Counted from the stretch's first letter, positions 10,437 through 19,948 are shown. The stretch is 32,000 nucleotides of DNA from Flavobacteriaceae bacterium (GCA_965224465.1 OZ245049.1:2340001-2372000); one strand, 5' to 3'. Notes: generated by a model not told the origin, from the letters alone. Made by a program: numbers and translations.

Positions 10437-10723
10437 CATATTCATATTTCTTGTGATTTTAAATCCCTTTCTATAGAAAACGATGCGCGTTCACATATAG
10501 CTTCCATGTATAGTACTGAAAATTTACATTTCTAACACTCATATTTCACGCACTGATTATATGTTCATTAAAATTCGTAAGCTACTTCGAAATTACGTCT
10601 CCAAAACCAGCTGTGTTGTCGGAATATTTAATTTCCTAAAAAAAACAAACAGCCAGACAAGCAATGTAAACTTAATAAAAACAGCATTTTAATACTTCTT
10701 GAGAAATATATTTAACATTTTTT

Positions 10724-10757
10724 TTTGAAGGTTATTGTTTACGAACCAGTACGTTTG
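10724..10757 (+). promoter_or_regulatory. Candidate promoter for the DUF5686-like gene
   Basis: TTTG at 10724-10727 and TAcgTTTG at 10750-10757. The spacing is 22 nt, slightly longer than the usual ~19. The -7 box ends 21 nt before the ATG at 10779. Confidence 0.3.
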
Positions 10758-10778
10758 TTTATCAAACAAAACCAAACT

Positions 10779-13241
10779 ATGCTGAGAAAAATTACGTTTC
10801 TATTCTTATTTGGCGCCATTTCTTCTGTGTCTTCACAGATAAAAGGCATCGTTACCAACAATAATAAAGAACCTTTACCTTTTGTGAGTGTCTATTTTGA
10901 AAACTCGTTCAAGGGAACCACTAGCAATGAAAAAGGATATTTTGAACTTCAAAACTCAGAAAAAAAATCACAAACACTCGTTTTTCAATTTTTAGGATAC
11001 AAAACATTAAAAAAGAAGCTTACTCCTAAAGACCGTTCCATATCACTCCATATAATACTCGAGGACGAAAGTGTTCTTTTAAACACAGTCTCCATTAGTT
11101 CTAAAGAAAACCCAGCGCATCGCATTGTAAAAAATGCAATAAAAAACAGGAAAAGGTATCTTGAAAAAATAAATGCATTTACCTGTGATTTTTATTCCAA
11201 AGGGATGTTCGGAATTAAAAACGCACCTAAAAGAATACTCGGGCAAGAGGTAGGAGATCTAGGAGGAACTTTAGACTCCACCAGAAGTGGCATCGTGTAT
11301 TTATCTGAAACTGTTTCCAAGGTTGCATACAAAAGACCACATACTTTTAAAGAAACTATTTCTGCTTCAAAAGTAAGTGGAAATGACAATGGTTTTAGCT
11401 ATAACCAAGCATCTCAAGTAGATTTTAACTTTTACAAAAACACCATAGAGCTCGAATCAAAAGTAATATCGCCCATTGCCACGTATGCTTTTAACTATTA
11501 CAGCTATAAACTTCTCGGAAGTTTTTATGAAAACGATTTTTTAATCAATAAAATAGCAGTCCGACCAAAACACAAAACGGACAATGCTTTTACAGGCATC
11601 ATTTATATTGTAGAAGACCAATGGGCAATATACGGGCTTGACCTAAGTGTTAAAGGAACCCAAATGAACAGCCCCATGGTAGATGAATTCACCATAAAAC
11701 AAACCTGTATTTACAATGATACGTTTGAATACTGGCCAATTATCTCTCAAGTTTTAGGTTTTAAATTTGGTATGCTTGGAATTAACGTCGCTGGACAAAT
11801 GACGGCAATTTACAGCAATTACGTTTTTAATCCTGTGTTCGAGAAAAACATGTTTAATAATGAGGTGTTGGCGTTTAGTAAAGCATCTAACAAAAAAGAC
11901 TCCTTGTACTGGAAAGCACATAGACCCATAAAACTAACAAGCGAAGAAGTAAAAGATTACATTAAAAAGGACAGTATTCAACTCCTAAAAAAAACAAAAA
12001 AATATTTAGACTCTATAGATACGAAAAGAAACCAATTGAAATTTGGAGATTTACTAGGAGGATATACCTACCAAAACACCTATAAAAATCAATATTTCAA
12101 CATCTCATCTCCCTTGCTCACCACACAGTTTAACACGGTACAAGGATGGAATTTAAAGACTACAATTTCATATTCTAACCAAGACAAAGACAAAGGTTCT
12201 AGACTCTATACTTCTGCAACTATGGCGTATGGTTTCTCAGATAAGAAATTCAGAGGAAGCGGGCGTATCAACTATCTTTTTAATGGCTTAAGTAAACCAT
12301 ATATCCAACTCTCAGGAGGAAAAAAATACGCTCAATTTAATAGCAACCAACCCATATCACCAATTATAAACACCGTTGCCACCTTATTTTTCGAGGAAAA
12401 TTACGCCAAATATTATGACAAAACATTTGTTAAATTATTGTTTTCGGATGAAATCACCAATGGGCTTCGTTTTCAAAGTTCCATTGGTTACGAAAAACGA
12501 GCTGCTCTAGTAAACACAAGTGATTACGTACTACTCAACAACAAAAACAAAACCTATACATCAAATGCACCTTTGCAACCAAATCTTATAGGAACCCCCT
12601 CATTTAACACACACAATGTGTACCTATTTAATACTGCATTACGCTATGTATTTGGACAAAAATACATTACCTATCCAAACAAAAAGATCAACTTAAATTA
12701 CAACGAGAACCCGACAATAACACTTTCTTACGAACAGAAATTTGCAGGAAGCTCAAGTAGATATAATTACGGAAAAATACAGGGCGTGCTCAAACAACAC
12801 TTTAATGTAGACAACAAAGGGATGTTTCATTACAAGATAAAAACGGGAACTTTTATAAATGCTCAAAATATTTCTTTTATTGACTACCAACACTTTAACG
12901 GAAACCAAACGCATTACAGTTCAGAAAGCATCAACACAAACTCTTTTGATTTAATGCCTTATTACGCATATAGCACTAACAGTTCTTTTGCAGAGCTACA
13001 TGCAGAACATCATTTTAATGGATATTTAATAAGAAAAATACCTTTATTAAAATACACAGGGTTTCAATGTATTATAGGAGGACGCAGCTTAGTACGCAAG
13101 AACCAAAAACCATACACAGAATTTAGTGTAGGCTTAGACAATATTGGAATTGGTAAAATTCGTTTTTTAAAAGTAAGCTACGTAAAATCTTTCCACGATG
13201 GAATTACAGAAAACGGATTTGTTTTTGGATTTAATTTTTAA
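10779..13241 (+). CDS. Secreted, probably outer-membrane protein with an N-terminal carboxypeptidase-regulatory-like domain (DUF5686-like family)
   Basis: The track ORF starts at TTG 10725. The ATG at 10779 gives a clean signal peptide, MLRKITFLFLFGAISSVSSQ. This is followed by IKGIVTNNNKEPLPFVSVYFENSFKGTTSNEKGYFEL, which is CarboxypepD_reg-like. The remaining ~750 aa are aromatic- and Gly-rich, beta-rich in character, and end ..GFVFGFNF. Confidence 0.75.
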   Translation: MLRKITFLFLFGAISSVSSQIKGIVTNNNKEPLPFVSVYFENSFKGTTSNEKGYFELQNSEKKSQTLVFQFLGYKTLKKKLTPKDRSISLHIILEDESVLLNTVSISSKENPAHRIVKNAIKNRKRYLEKINAFTCDFYSKGMFGIKNAPKRILGQEVGDLGGTLDSTRSGIVYLSETVSKVAYKRPHTFKETISASKVSGNDNGFSYNQASQVDFNFYKNTIELESKVISPIATYAFNYYSYKLLGSFYENDFLINKIAVRPKHKTDNAFTGIIYIVEDQWAIYGLDLSVKGTQMNSPMVDEFTIKQTCIYNDTFEYWPIISQVLGFKFGMLGINVAGQMTAIYSNYVFNPVFEKNMFNNEVLAFSKASNKKDSLYWKAHRPIKLTSEEVKDYIKKDSIQLLKKTKKYLDSIDTKRNQLKFGDLLGGYTYQNTYKNQYFNISSPLLTTQFNTVQGWNLKTTISYSNQDKDKGSRLYTSATMAYGFSDKKFRGSGRINYLFNGLSKPYIQLSGGKKYAQFNSNQPISPIINTVATLFFEENYAKYYDKTFVKLLFSDEITNGLRFQSSIGYEKRAALVNTSDYVLLNNKNKTYTSNAPLQPNLIGTPSFNTHNVYLFNTALRYVFGQKYITYPNKKINLNYNENPTITLSYEQKFAGSSSRYNYGKIQGVLKQHFNVDNKGMFHYKIKTGTFINAQNISFIDYQHFNGNQTHYSSESINTNSFDLMPYYAYSTNSSFAELHAEHHFNGYLIRKIPLLKYTGFQCIIGGRSLVRKNQKPYTEFSVGLDNIGIGKIRFLKVSYVKSFHDGITENGFVFGFNF

Positions 13242-13282
13242 CTGTTTAAACTCAAAGATTTGATGTATTTTCGCCATTAATT

Positions 13283-13705
13283 ATGAACAATATTTCAACA
13301 TTAATCACAAGCGATGTATTAAGTTTAGACCGCTGTTACCGTTTTGTAGAATCACCACAATGTGGTGGAATTTCCATTTTTGTAGGAACAGTACGCAACC
13401 TAACAAAAGGAAAAAAAGTAATCCAATTAGATTTCTCTACGTACAAGCCCATGGCAATAAAAGAAATTGATAAAATAGCAGTAACTGCAATGAAGAAATA
13501 TGACATTACAAAAATAGCGATACACCATGCTGAGGGAAGCTTAAGTATAGGAGCTATTCCAGTGATTATTGCCGTTTCTTCTGCGCATAGAAATGCAGCG
13601 TTTGATGCGTGTCAATTTGCGATAGACCGCTTAAAAGAAACCGTACCTATTTGGAAAAAAGAACATTTTGAAAACGGTAAAACATGGGTAAATAGCCACC
13701 CTTAA
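13283..13705 (+). CDS. moaE: Molybdopterin synthase catalytic subunit MoaE
   Basis: 140 aa with GGISIFVGTVRN, AVSSAHRNAAFDACQFAIDRLKETVPIWKKE and a typical MoaE length. Confidence 0.9.
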   Translation: MNNISTLITSDVLSLDRCYRFVESPQCGGISIFVGTVRNLTKGKKVIQLDFSTYKPMAIKEIDKIAVTAMKKYDITKIAIHHAEGSLSIGAIPVIIAVSSAHRNAAFDACQFAIDRLKETVPIWKKEHFENGKTWVNSHP

Positions 13706-13714
13706 AAACGATAT

Positions 13715-14203
13715 ATGATACATTTAATTGTAGGAAATACAGGCGCAGGAAAAACAAGCTATTCACATCAGTTAAAAAAGAAAACAAATGGTATTGTTTT
13801 TTCTATTGACACATGGAACAATACATTATTTATTCCAGACAAAACAAAAGATGATGGACTAGATTGGTTTCTAGAACGTATCAACAGAGCAGAATCACTT
13901 ATAAAAAAATTATGCATTCAGCTGGAAGAATCTGGTGTAGATGCCATTTTAGACTTAGGGCTTTCAAAACACGAACACCGCGAAAAATTTAGAGAATTTT
14001 CTACTAAACATCAAATTCCTTTTCAATTACATTTTTTAGACATTCCTAAAGACATACGTAAACAACGGATTTTAAAACGAAATTTAACGCGAGGCAACAC
14101 CTATGAATTCGAAGTCAACGAATCCGATTTTGAGTTTATGGAAACTTGGTTTGAGACACCGAGTTTAGAGGAGTTAAAAAACGCCATTATAAGCAACAGC
14201 TAA
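13715..14203 (+). CDS. P-loop NTPase, small kinase-like (AAA_33 / zeta-toxin-like fold)
   Basis: 162 aa. Walker A is GNTGAGKTS. SID follows strand 2, and an Arg/Lys-rich lid-like segment IRKQRILKRNLTRG is present. It starts 9 nt after the moaE stop. Confidence 0.65.
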   Translation: MIHLIVGNTGAGKTSYSHQLKKKTNGIVFSIDTWNNTLFIPDKTKDDGLDWFLERINRAESLIKKLCIQLEESGVDAILDLGLSKHEHREKFREFSTKHQIPFQLHFLDIPKDIRKQRILKRNLTRGNTYEFEVNESDFEFMETWFETPSLEELKNAIISNS

Positions 14204-14332
14204 TCAAAATAATCAATGTGGATATTTTCTCTTTAGCCTCTTTTATCATTTTAAAACAAAAACATCGGTACACCATTAAAATGAGGGTTTAATTTATAAA
14301 CAATCATTTGGAAATTAATTTGGTAAAAAAAC

Positions 14333-14818
14333 ATGAAAACAGCAACTCTTAAAGAACTTAAATCCGAACTTACAACACTTACATCCTCCGAATTACTGAA
14401 CATATGTTTAGAACTCTCCAAATTCAAAAAAGAGAACAAAGAACTAATGACCTATCTTCTATTCGAATCAAAAGATGAAGATACTTTTATACAAAACGTA
14501 CAAACCGAAATAAAGGAGCAATTTTTAGACATCAACACAAGCTCTTATTTTTACATTAAAAAAAGTACGAGAAAAATTCTTAAAAAAACAAAGACTCACA
14601 TCCGATATTCTAAAAGTAAAGTTACCGAAATAGAGCTATTACTGTGTTTTTGCCAGCAAATGTCAAAAATACACCCCTCTATTAAAGGCAATTTACCCCT
14701 CTATAATATTTTTAATCGCGAAAAAATAGCTATTGAAAAAAAACTTTTAAATCTCCATGATGATTTACGGCACGATTATAGCATTGAACTAAATAGCATA
14801 ATACAGGCTGTTATATAG
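14333..14818 (+). CDS. Hypothetical protein (helical, Lys-rich)
   Basis: 161-aa ORF with an ATG start. I recognise no motif. Coding is supported only by ORF length in AT-rich DNA and by its direction matching the flanking genes. Confidence 0.55.
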   Translation: MKTATLKELKSELTTLTSSELLNICLELSKFKKENKELMTYLLFESKDEDTFIQNVQTEIKEQFLDINTSSYFYIKKSTRKILKKTKTHIRYSKSKVTEIELLLCFCQQMSKIHPSIKGNLPLYNIFNREKIAIEKKLLNLHDDLRHDYSIELNSIIQAVI

Positions 14819-14932
14819 GACTGCAACACAATATTTACAACCGTTAGCGTTCTATTATATTCAATACTAATAAGTACAAAAGTAACATGATGAACACCCC
14901 CTTAAAAAAAAAAAAATACAAGGATTTATCCT

Positions 14933-14963
14933 CTTGATTTTTAAGTAGTTTCTGTTATATTTG
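14933..14963 (+). promoter_or_regulatory. Candidate promoter upstream of the PAS histidine kinase
   Basis: cTTG at 14933-14936, exactly 19 nt of spacer, then TAtaTTTG at 14956-14963. This implies a 5' UTR of about 145 nt before the ATG at 15116. Confidence 0.45.
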
Positions 14964-15115
14964 CGACACATAAAATAACACCTCAAAATTTCTGATAATT
15001 ATCATTAATAGTTTTTTATAATGTACTGATTTTTTTTTACTAAATCGTACAGGTTTAAAAAACACGAATTAGTTACAAATAATAAAGCCCAAGTCAAAGC
15101 CCCAATTAATCAATT

Positions 15116-16306
15116 ATGTTTTTAGAAGCAGAATTAAATCAGTTGAAACAACAGATTAAAGATTTAGAAAAGGAAAATAACACCCTCAAACTCCTTAATA
15201 AATCTCACAAAAAACACACCGATGAAATTTTTTCATTTATAGACACTTTTCCGTGTCATATTTGGAAATCTTCTCATGAGCATAACCTATTATACATTAA
15301 TAAATCCCTTCAGAAATTTGTTGGGACAGATTCTCAAAAGCTCAACAAAGACGAGATGTTCACTGTGATACATCCCGATGACATACAGTTTTATACAAAC
15401 ACCCTAAACTCCGCAACAGAAAACCAACACTTTTTTACAATAGATTATAGAATTAAAAAAAACAACGAGAGTTATAAATGGATTCGAAATCTAGGAGCAC
15501 CTTATTTTAAAGAAAATAAGTTGGCAGGTTTTATAGGCATTTGTCAAGACATCACAAAAGACAAAGTGAACGAAAAGAAACTCACTACCTTATTAGCAAG
15601 TAAAGATCGTTTTTTCTCTGTTATGGCACACGACTTGCGAAACCCTTTTAACAGCATCTTAGGATTCAGTGAATTACTGACAGATAGCAATCAATCTTTT
15701 GATGAACAAAAAATTAAACGTATTGGAAAACACTTATACAGTTCAACAAAAAAAACATTGAACCTATTAGAGAATCTTTTAGAATGGGGACGTTTACAAT
15801 CCAATCATATAAGTTTTAATCCTATTTCAATTAATTTAAAAGAAGCTTGTACAGAAGTTATAGATAATATAGTGCCTTTAGACATTCTAAAAAAATGTAA
15901 GATAAACAACAAGATCGACACATCTATTAAGGTACTTGCGGATATAAACATGCTCCATTCTGTCTTTAGGAATTTAATTACAAATGCACTAAAATACACT
16001 TCGAAAAAAGGAGTCATTAACATATCGGCACAAAACAACGCCACTACAGTTCAGATCACAATAGAAGACAATGGAATAGGAATAGAAGCATTTAGAATAA
16101 AAAACCTCTTTAATATTCATAAAAAGTTCTCATTACCTGGAACTCAAGGAGAAAAAGGGAGTGGTCTTGGACTTATAATATGTAAAGAATTTATTGAAAA
16201 AAACAATGGTGACATTTGGGCTGAGAGCGAACTAGGCAAAGGAAGTAAGTTTATTTTTACACTCCCATTTCCCCGTGCTCCTATTTCATTGAATAAATCA
16301 GATTAA
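15116..16306 (+). CDS. Cytoplasmic PAS-domain sensor histidine kinase
   Basis: 396 aa. N-terminal coiled coil (LNQLKQQIKDLEKENNTLK) and a PAS-like region (..YRIKKNNESYKWIRNLGAPYF..GICQDIT). H-box FFSVMAHDLRNP, N-box NLITNALKYT, G1 DNGIGI and G2 GSGLGL are present. There is no TM segment and no adjacent response regulator. Confidence 0.9.
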   Translation: MFLEAELNQLKQQIKDLEKENNTLKLLNKSHKKHTDEIFSFIDTFPCHIWKSSHEHNLLYINKSLQKFVGTDSQKLNKDEMFTVIHPDDIQFYTNTLNSATENQHFFTIDYRIKKNNESYKWIRNLGAPYFKENKLAGFIGICQDITKDKVNEKKLTTLLASKDRFFSVMAHDLRNPFNSILGFSELLTDSNQSFDEQKIKRIGKHLYSSTKKTLNLLENLLEWGRLQSNHISFNPISINLKEACTEVIDNIVPLDILKKCKINNKIDTSIKVLADINMLHSVFRNLITNALKYTSKKGVINISAQNNATTVQITIEDNGIGIEAFRIKNLFNIHKKFSLPGTQGEKGSGLGLIICKEFIEKNNGDIWAESELGKGSKFIFTLPFPRAPISLNKSD

Positions 16307-16628
16307 TGACATACGTTTAGTTTTTAAAACTATTTTATACAGGTCACCCACAAATTCGGGTACTTTTTATCTGTTGTATAAATAATAAGTATTGCCCGTT
16401 CTTATTTTAAATATCTTTACTCAATATTCAGCGTTTAAAAAAGCTAGTACTCCCCCTTTTACTTAAATTAAACCTCTTAATAAGAGAAAACAGTTATCAA
16501 TAAACGCCTCAAACAACACAAAACCCCCTTACAAATGACCACGTAAATCAAATTTTTTAGAAATTAATTTAGTATAACTACCCGTTCCCATAGATGCCAC
16601 TTTTAAAAAAATAATAATTACAACATCC

Positions 16629-17612
16629 ATGATGACAATTGCCAATCAAAATTTAACACTCCTAGAATTAGCACTATCGGCATTAAACGAAAGCCTATAT
16701 CTGAGACATGATAAAGAAGAGAAAATGGCTCCTTTCGTACACCTGAGTACAAAGACAGATTCCTACATTGGCTATTTAAAAAAAGACACGGATCCAATAC
16801 TACAAGTCCAAGACTTATTAAAAAACCAAAAACATATATACACCTATATAACGATTGGTCATGAAAGCACTTTAAAGGACGACAATGGCAATAGAGTGGA
16901 TGCCATACTTATCACGGTGTTTGACGTATCTCAAGCAAAAGGCATTCAAATAGCACAATTATTTAGCGCAAAAAACACAGGAGAATTCAAAAAGATAGGC
17001 CCTATTATAACGTTGAAAAGCCCCCCTTTAATCGTGTCATTACATGAATCAAAAAAGGATAAAACCCAAAACGATCCGCCTCATTTTGATACAGAAATCA
17101 GAACTAACGACCGCGGTTTAAAATCCATTCACACTAAAATATCGCATGACTCACCTAGTTTAATAAGTCAATCTATCTCTCATTTTTTATCAGAAAAAAT
17201 CAAAAAAGAACTCGATAAAAGTTTTGGAGGATGCATTGAAATAAACATTTATGAACGCAGTCCTATTCACAAAAAAGGACTCCTAAAGTTCTTATGTACA
17301 AACACTATAAACGAATTTATAGATTCAAAGTCCTGTAAAATTTGGATAAAAAAACACAAAAAAGCATTGACTGTCACTTGCAACTTTAATAAAGACCTTC
17401 TATACCAAGCAAAAGCCAGAAAGGATAAACCTAGAAAATTTAAACTTGGCACTAACAATTACATTGATTTCAACAAAAGTGAATTAGATAAAGAATACAA
17501 TGAAATACTGATAGACTTCGAAAAAAATACTGACACAAAATCAATCCTAAAACTATCCAAACTAAATTCCGAGTTTAACAAAAGGGGACTTCATCATCCA
17601 TCTCAAAAATAA
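16629..17612 (+). CDS. Hypothetical protein
   Basis: 327-aa ORF with no motif I recognise and no signal peptide or TM segment. Confidence 0.55.
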   Translation: MMTIANQNLTLLELALSALNESLYLRHDKEEKMAPFVHLSTKTDSYIGYLKKDTDPILQVQDLLKNQKHIYTYITIGHESTLKDDNGNRVDAILITVFDVSQAKGIQIAQLFSAKNTGEFKKIGPIITLKSPPLIVSLHESKKDKTQNDPPHFDTEIRTNDRGLKSIHTKISHDSPSLISQSISHFLSEKIKKELDKSFGGCIEINIYERSPIHKKGLLKFLCTNTINEFIDSKSCKIWIKKHKKALTVTCNFNKDLLYQAKARKDKPRKFKLGTNNYIDFNKSELDKEYNEILIDFEKNTDTKSILKLSKLNSEFNKRGLHHPSQK

Positions 17613-17646
17613 AGAAAAGACTCTAGTTTACATCCTCCAACACCAA

Positions 17647-18729
17647 CTAATAGCCTTCAATTCCACCCTTTAAACTATAAACCTCAATCATTGGATAGCA
17701 TTCTTTTATACGAAGGGTTGCGCTATAACTAGCATTTCCTTTCTGACAAACTACAATGTGCTTTTTAGAAAGTTCCAATTCCATTTTTTCAGGAGACAGC
17801 GTCTTCAAAAGACACGTTTTATCAATCCTAAAAGGATAAGAAACAATCGCATTGGCGATCACGGAAAGGACAACAATATCCTCATTTTCGAACGCTCTCT
17901 TCAATTCTTCAGCACTTATCAATAATTTTTTGTTCTGCAACTCACAATCGTCATTTTTATAATCTTCCTTATTAAAGAGCGCTCCAATCACTGATTTTAA
18001 TTGCGTGTGCTTTAACTTAAGTACAAAATTAGTGTTTCTAAGACTGTTATAAATCAATAATTTATCAATCAATAAATCACCTGTTTGAGTCGCTATTTTC
18101 AACACTTCATTTACCTGTAGCATGGCTATAGTTCCGACAATAGCATTCATAGTTCCCGCTGTTTCACAAGTTGGAATATCGGTTGCTATCACAGGAAAAG
18201 CATCCCTCAAATTACAACTGTAAGCGCCATCATCTTGCAAACAATTAAACGTAGCTACATAGCCATCAAATTTATACAAAGACCCATAGACTAATGGTTT
18301 CCCAAGTATTACACAAGCATCATTTATTAAATATTTTACAGACAAACGATCCGTACCATCTACAACAATGTCGTATTTTTTAATGATCTCTAAAGCGTTC
18401 GATTTTTCAAATGCAACAGTAGAAAATGTAACTTTTGTAAATGGAGCTCTTGCACTTATAAATGCTGCTAAAGTCTCCGCTTTTAAACTACCCACATCAT
18501 TTAAACTATAAAAAACTTGGCGATGAAGATTGCTTAAAGATACCACATCAAAATCTATTAGGTGTAATTCTCCAATACCACTTGCTGCCAAATGTACAGC
18601 AACAGGACTCCCCAAACCACCACAACCTACAACAAGTACTTTGGTTTTTTGAAGTTTCTCTTGTCCTTTTTCTCCTATTTCAGCTAAGGTAATTTGCCTT
18701 TTAAAGACCTCTGTGTACTCCGTTTTCAT
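17647..18729 (-). CDS. moeB: Molybdopterin-synthase adenylyltransferase MoeB (ThiF/HesA family) with a C-terminal rhodanese-like domain
   Basis: 360 aa. Nucleotide-binding VLVVGCGGLGSPVAVHLAASGIG and LSNLHRQ are present. The C-terminal ~90 aa carry an active-site-like loop VVCQKGNAS, comparable to the MOCS3/MoeZ rhodanese loop. Confidence 0.88.
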   Translation of the reverse strand: MKTEYTEVFKRQITLAEIGEKGQEKLQKTKVLVVGCGGLGSPVAVHLAASGIGELHLIDFDVVSLSNLHRQVFYSLNDVGSLKAETLAAFISARAPFTKVTFSTVAFEKSNALEIIKKYDIVVDGTDRLSVKYLINDACVILGKPLVYGSLYKFDGYVATFNCLQDDGAYSCNLRDAFPVIATDIPTCETAGTMNAIVGTIAMLQVNEVLKIATQTGDLLIDKLLIYNSLRNTNFVLKLKHTQLKSVIGALFNKEDYKNDDCELQNKKLLISAEELKRAFENEDIVVLSVIANAIVSYPFRIDKTCLLKTLSPEKMELELSKKHIVVCQKGNASYSATLRIKECYPMIEVYSLKGGIEGY

Positions 18730-18759
18730 AAGCCTCTATTTATATCTTTACAAGATCCA

Positions 18760-19872
18760 TTAAGCATCCAATTCGTTTTTAGCAACATCAAATTCCTCAG
18801 GCGTATTAATATTTCTTATAAAATGATCCTCAACCTCAACAATTTCAACCTCGGAATTAATTAAGACTTTACGTGGACAAGAATAGCCCTGTGCTAAATA
18901 GCTCAATAAAACAGGGTAACTTTTAGGCTCCCAGATAGTAATCAACGGTTCCATAAACTCCTTAGACTTTCCTTTAATAGCCGTGGCAATTTTTGATGGA
19001 TTTCGTTTTTCTAACAACAACTTAATCAACGCTTCGGTTATAAACGGCAAATCTGTAGCGACTACCAACCATGCACTATTAGGATCTTTTTGAAAAGCAG
19101 AACAAATTGCTCCAAAAGGACCTAAACCCAAAAAGGAATCCCTTATAACGGCATTAGAGCTAACTTCCTGCCCTTCTCTAAGAGATAAAAATGTCTGTAA
19201 ATCACAAGCCTCCAGTAAATTTACTGCCACGTTGCGTTGTGGTCTTCCTTGAAATTCTAACAATCCTTTATCTGTTCCCATGCGAACACTTTTACCACCT
19301 GCTAAAACCAACCCTTTTACGGGAGCTCTTTTCTCTTCTATCAATGCTTTAACATGCTTAGAAATTCCATTAATATCGGAGAAATCATAGCATTTTAATT
19401 TTTTAATTTCTGGATATTTTTCTTCCAAAAAATCAAAATAAACAGCAGTATCATCGCGTTTTATTATAAATTGAATTTGATCTAATTGTTCCAAGCGCTT
19501 TAAAACAGAAGCTTTTTTCTGAGCATCCAAAATCAATATTTGTTTGCTCCCTTTATAATGATTTCCATTTATAAACGTAAAATCATACGCTGAGAAATCG
19601 ATCACTTGATTGAACGTATTTAGTCTTTTGTTTACTGATGACCTCAATGTTCCCTGAGAATGAAACACAAAATTATCAAACAATAAAGTTTCTTGGTTTT
19701 TTTCGTGAGAGGCATCCAAATAGGCAAGTTTATAGGAGGACAATTTTTCAGAAACCTGTGTCACTAGATTAGATATATCACTACACTTTGTGCCTAAAAT
19801 GGCTATTTCGTTAGGAGCATAGATATCGTTTTCTTTGCGAGATAATTTACTGTGCTTGGAATGTTTTTTCAT
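18760..19872 (-). CDS. mobA: Molybdenum cofactor guanylyltransferase MobA domain (C-terminal) fused to a MobB-like N-terminal domain
   Basis: 370 aa. Residues ~185-370 contain LVLAGGKSVRMGTDKGLL and VATDLPF, which are MobA / NTP_transf_3 signatures. Residues ~20-180 resemble MobB in layout, but the Walker A position reads ILGTKCSDIS. Confidence 0.82.
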   Translation of the reverse strand: MKKHSKHSKLSRKENDIYAPNEIAILGTKCSDISNLVTQVSEKLSSYKLAYLDASHEKNQETLLFDNFVFHSQGTLRSSVNKRLNTFNQVIDFSAYDFTFINGNHYKGSKQILILDAQKKASVLKRLEQLDQIQFIIKRDDTAVYFDFLEEKYPEIKKLKCYDFSDINGISKHVKALIEEKRAPVKGLVLAGGKSVRMGTDKGLLEFQGRPQRNVAVNLLEACDLQTFLSLREGQEVSSNAVIRDSFLGLGPFGAICSAFQKDPNSAWLVVATDLPFITEALIKLLLEKRNPSKIATAIKGKSKEFMEPLITIWEPKSYPVLLSYLAQGYSCPRKVLINSEVEIVEVEDHFIRNINTPEEFDVAKNELDA

Positions 19873-19897
19873 AATTAATCCTGTTATTTTTGAGTAA

Positions 19898-19948
19898 TAC
19901 TAATTAAATTGCCAAGTGACGGTTTAGAAATAGAATTATTTTTTGTTC
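19898..19948 (-). repeat. Partial (51-bp) tandem duplicate of one end of repeat copy C
   Basis: 19898-19948 (tactaattaaattgccaagtgacggtttagaaatagaattattttttgttc.) repeats 19949-19999 at a 51-bp period with a few substitutions. It ends 25 nt upstream of the mobA-fusion ATG. Confidence 0.7.

Noticed and set aside
10725-10778. TTG start at 10725 for the DUF5686-like gene, as in the ORF track
   Set aside because: The extra 18 residues (MKVIVYEPVRLFIKQNQT) precede a canonical signal peptide that begins at the ATG at 10779. The candidate -7 box at 10750-10757 would also fall inside the extended ORF.
14251-14439. 62-aa minus-strand ORF
   Set aside because: It overlaps the start of the co-directional 14333-14818 gene on the opposite strand, and it has no motif and no promoter-like signal.
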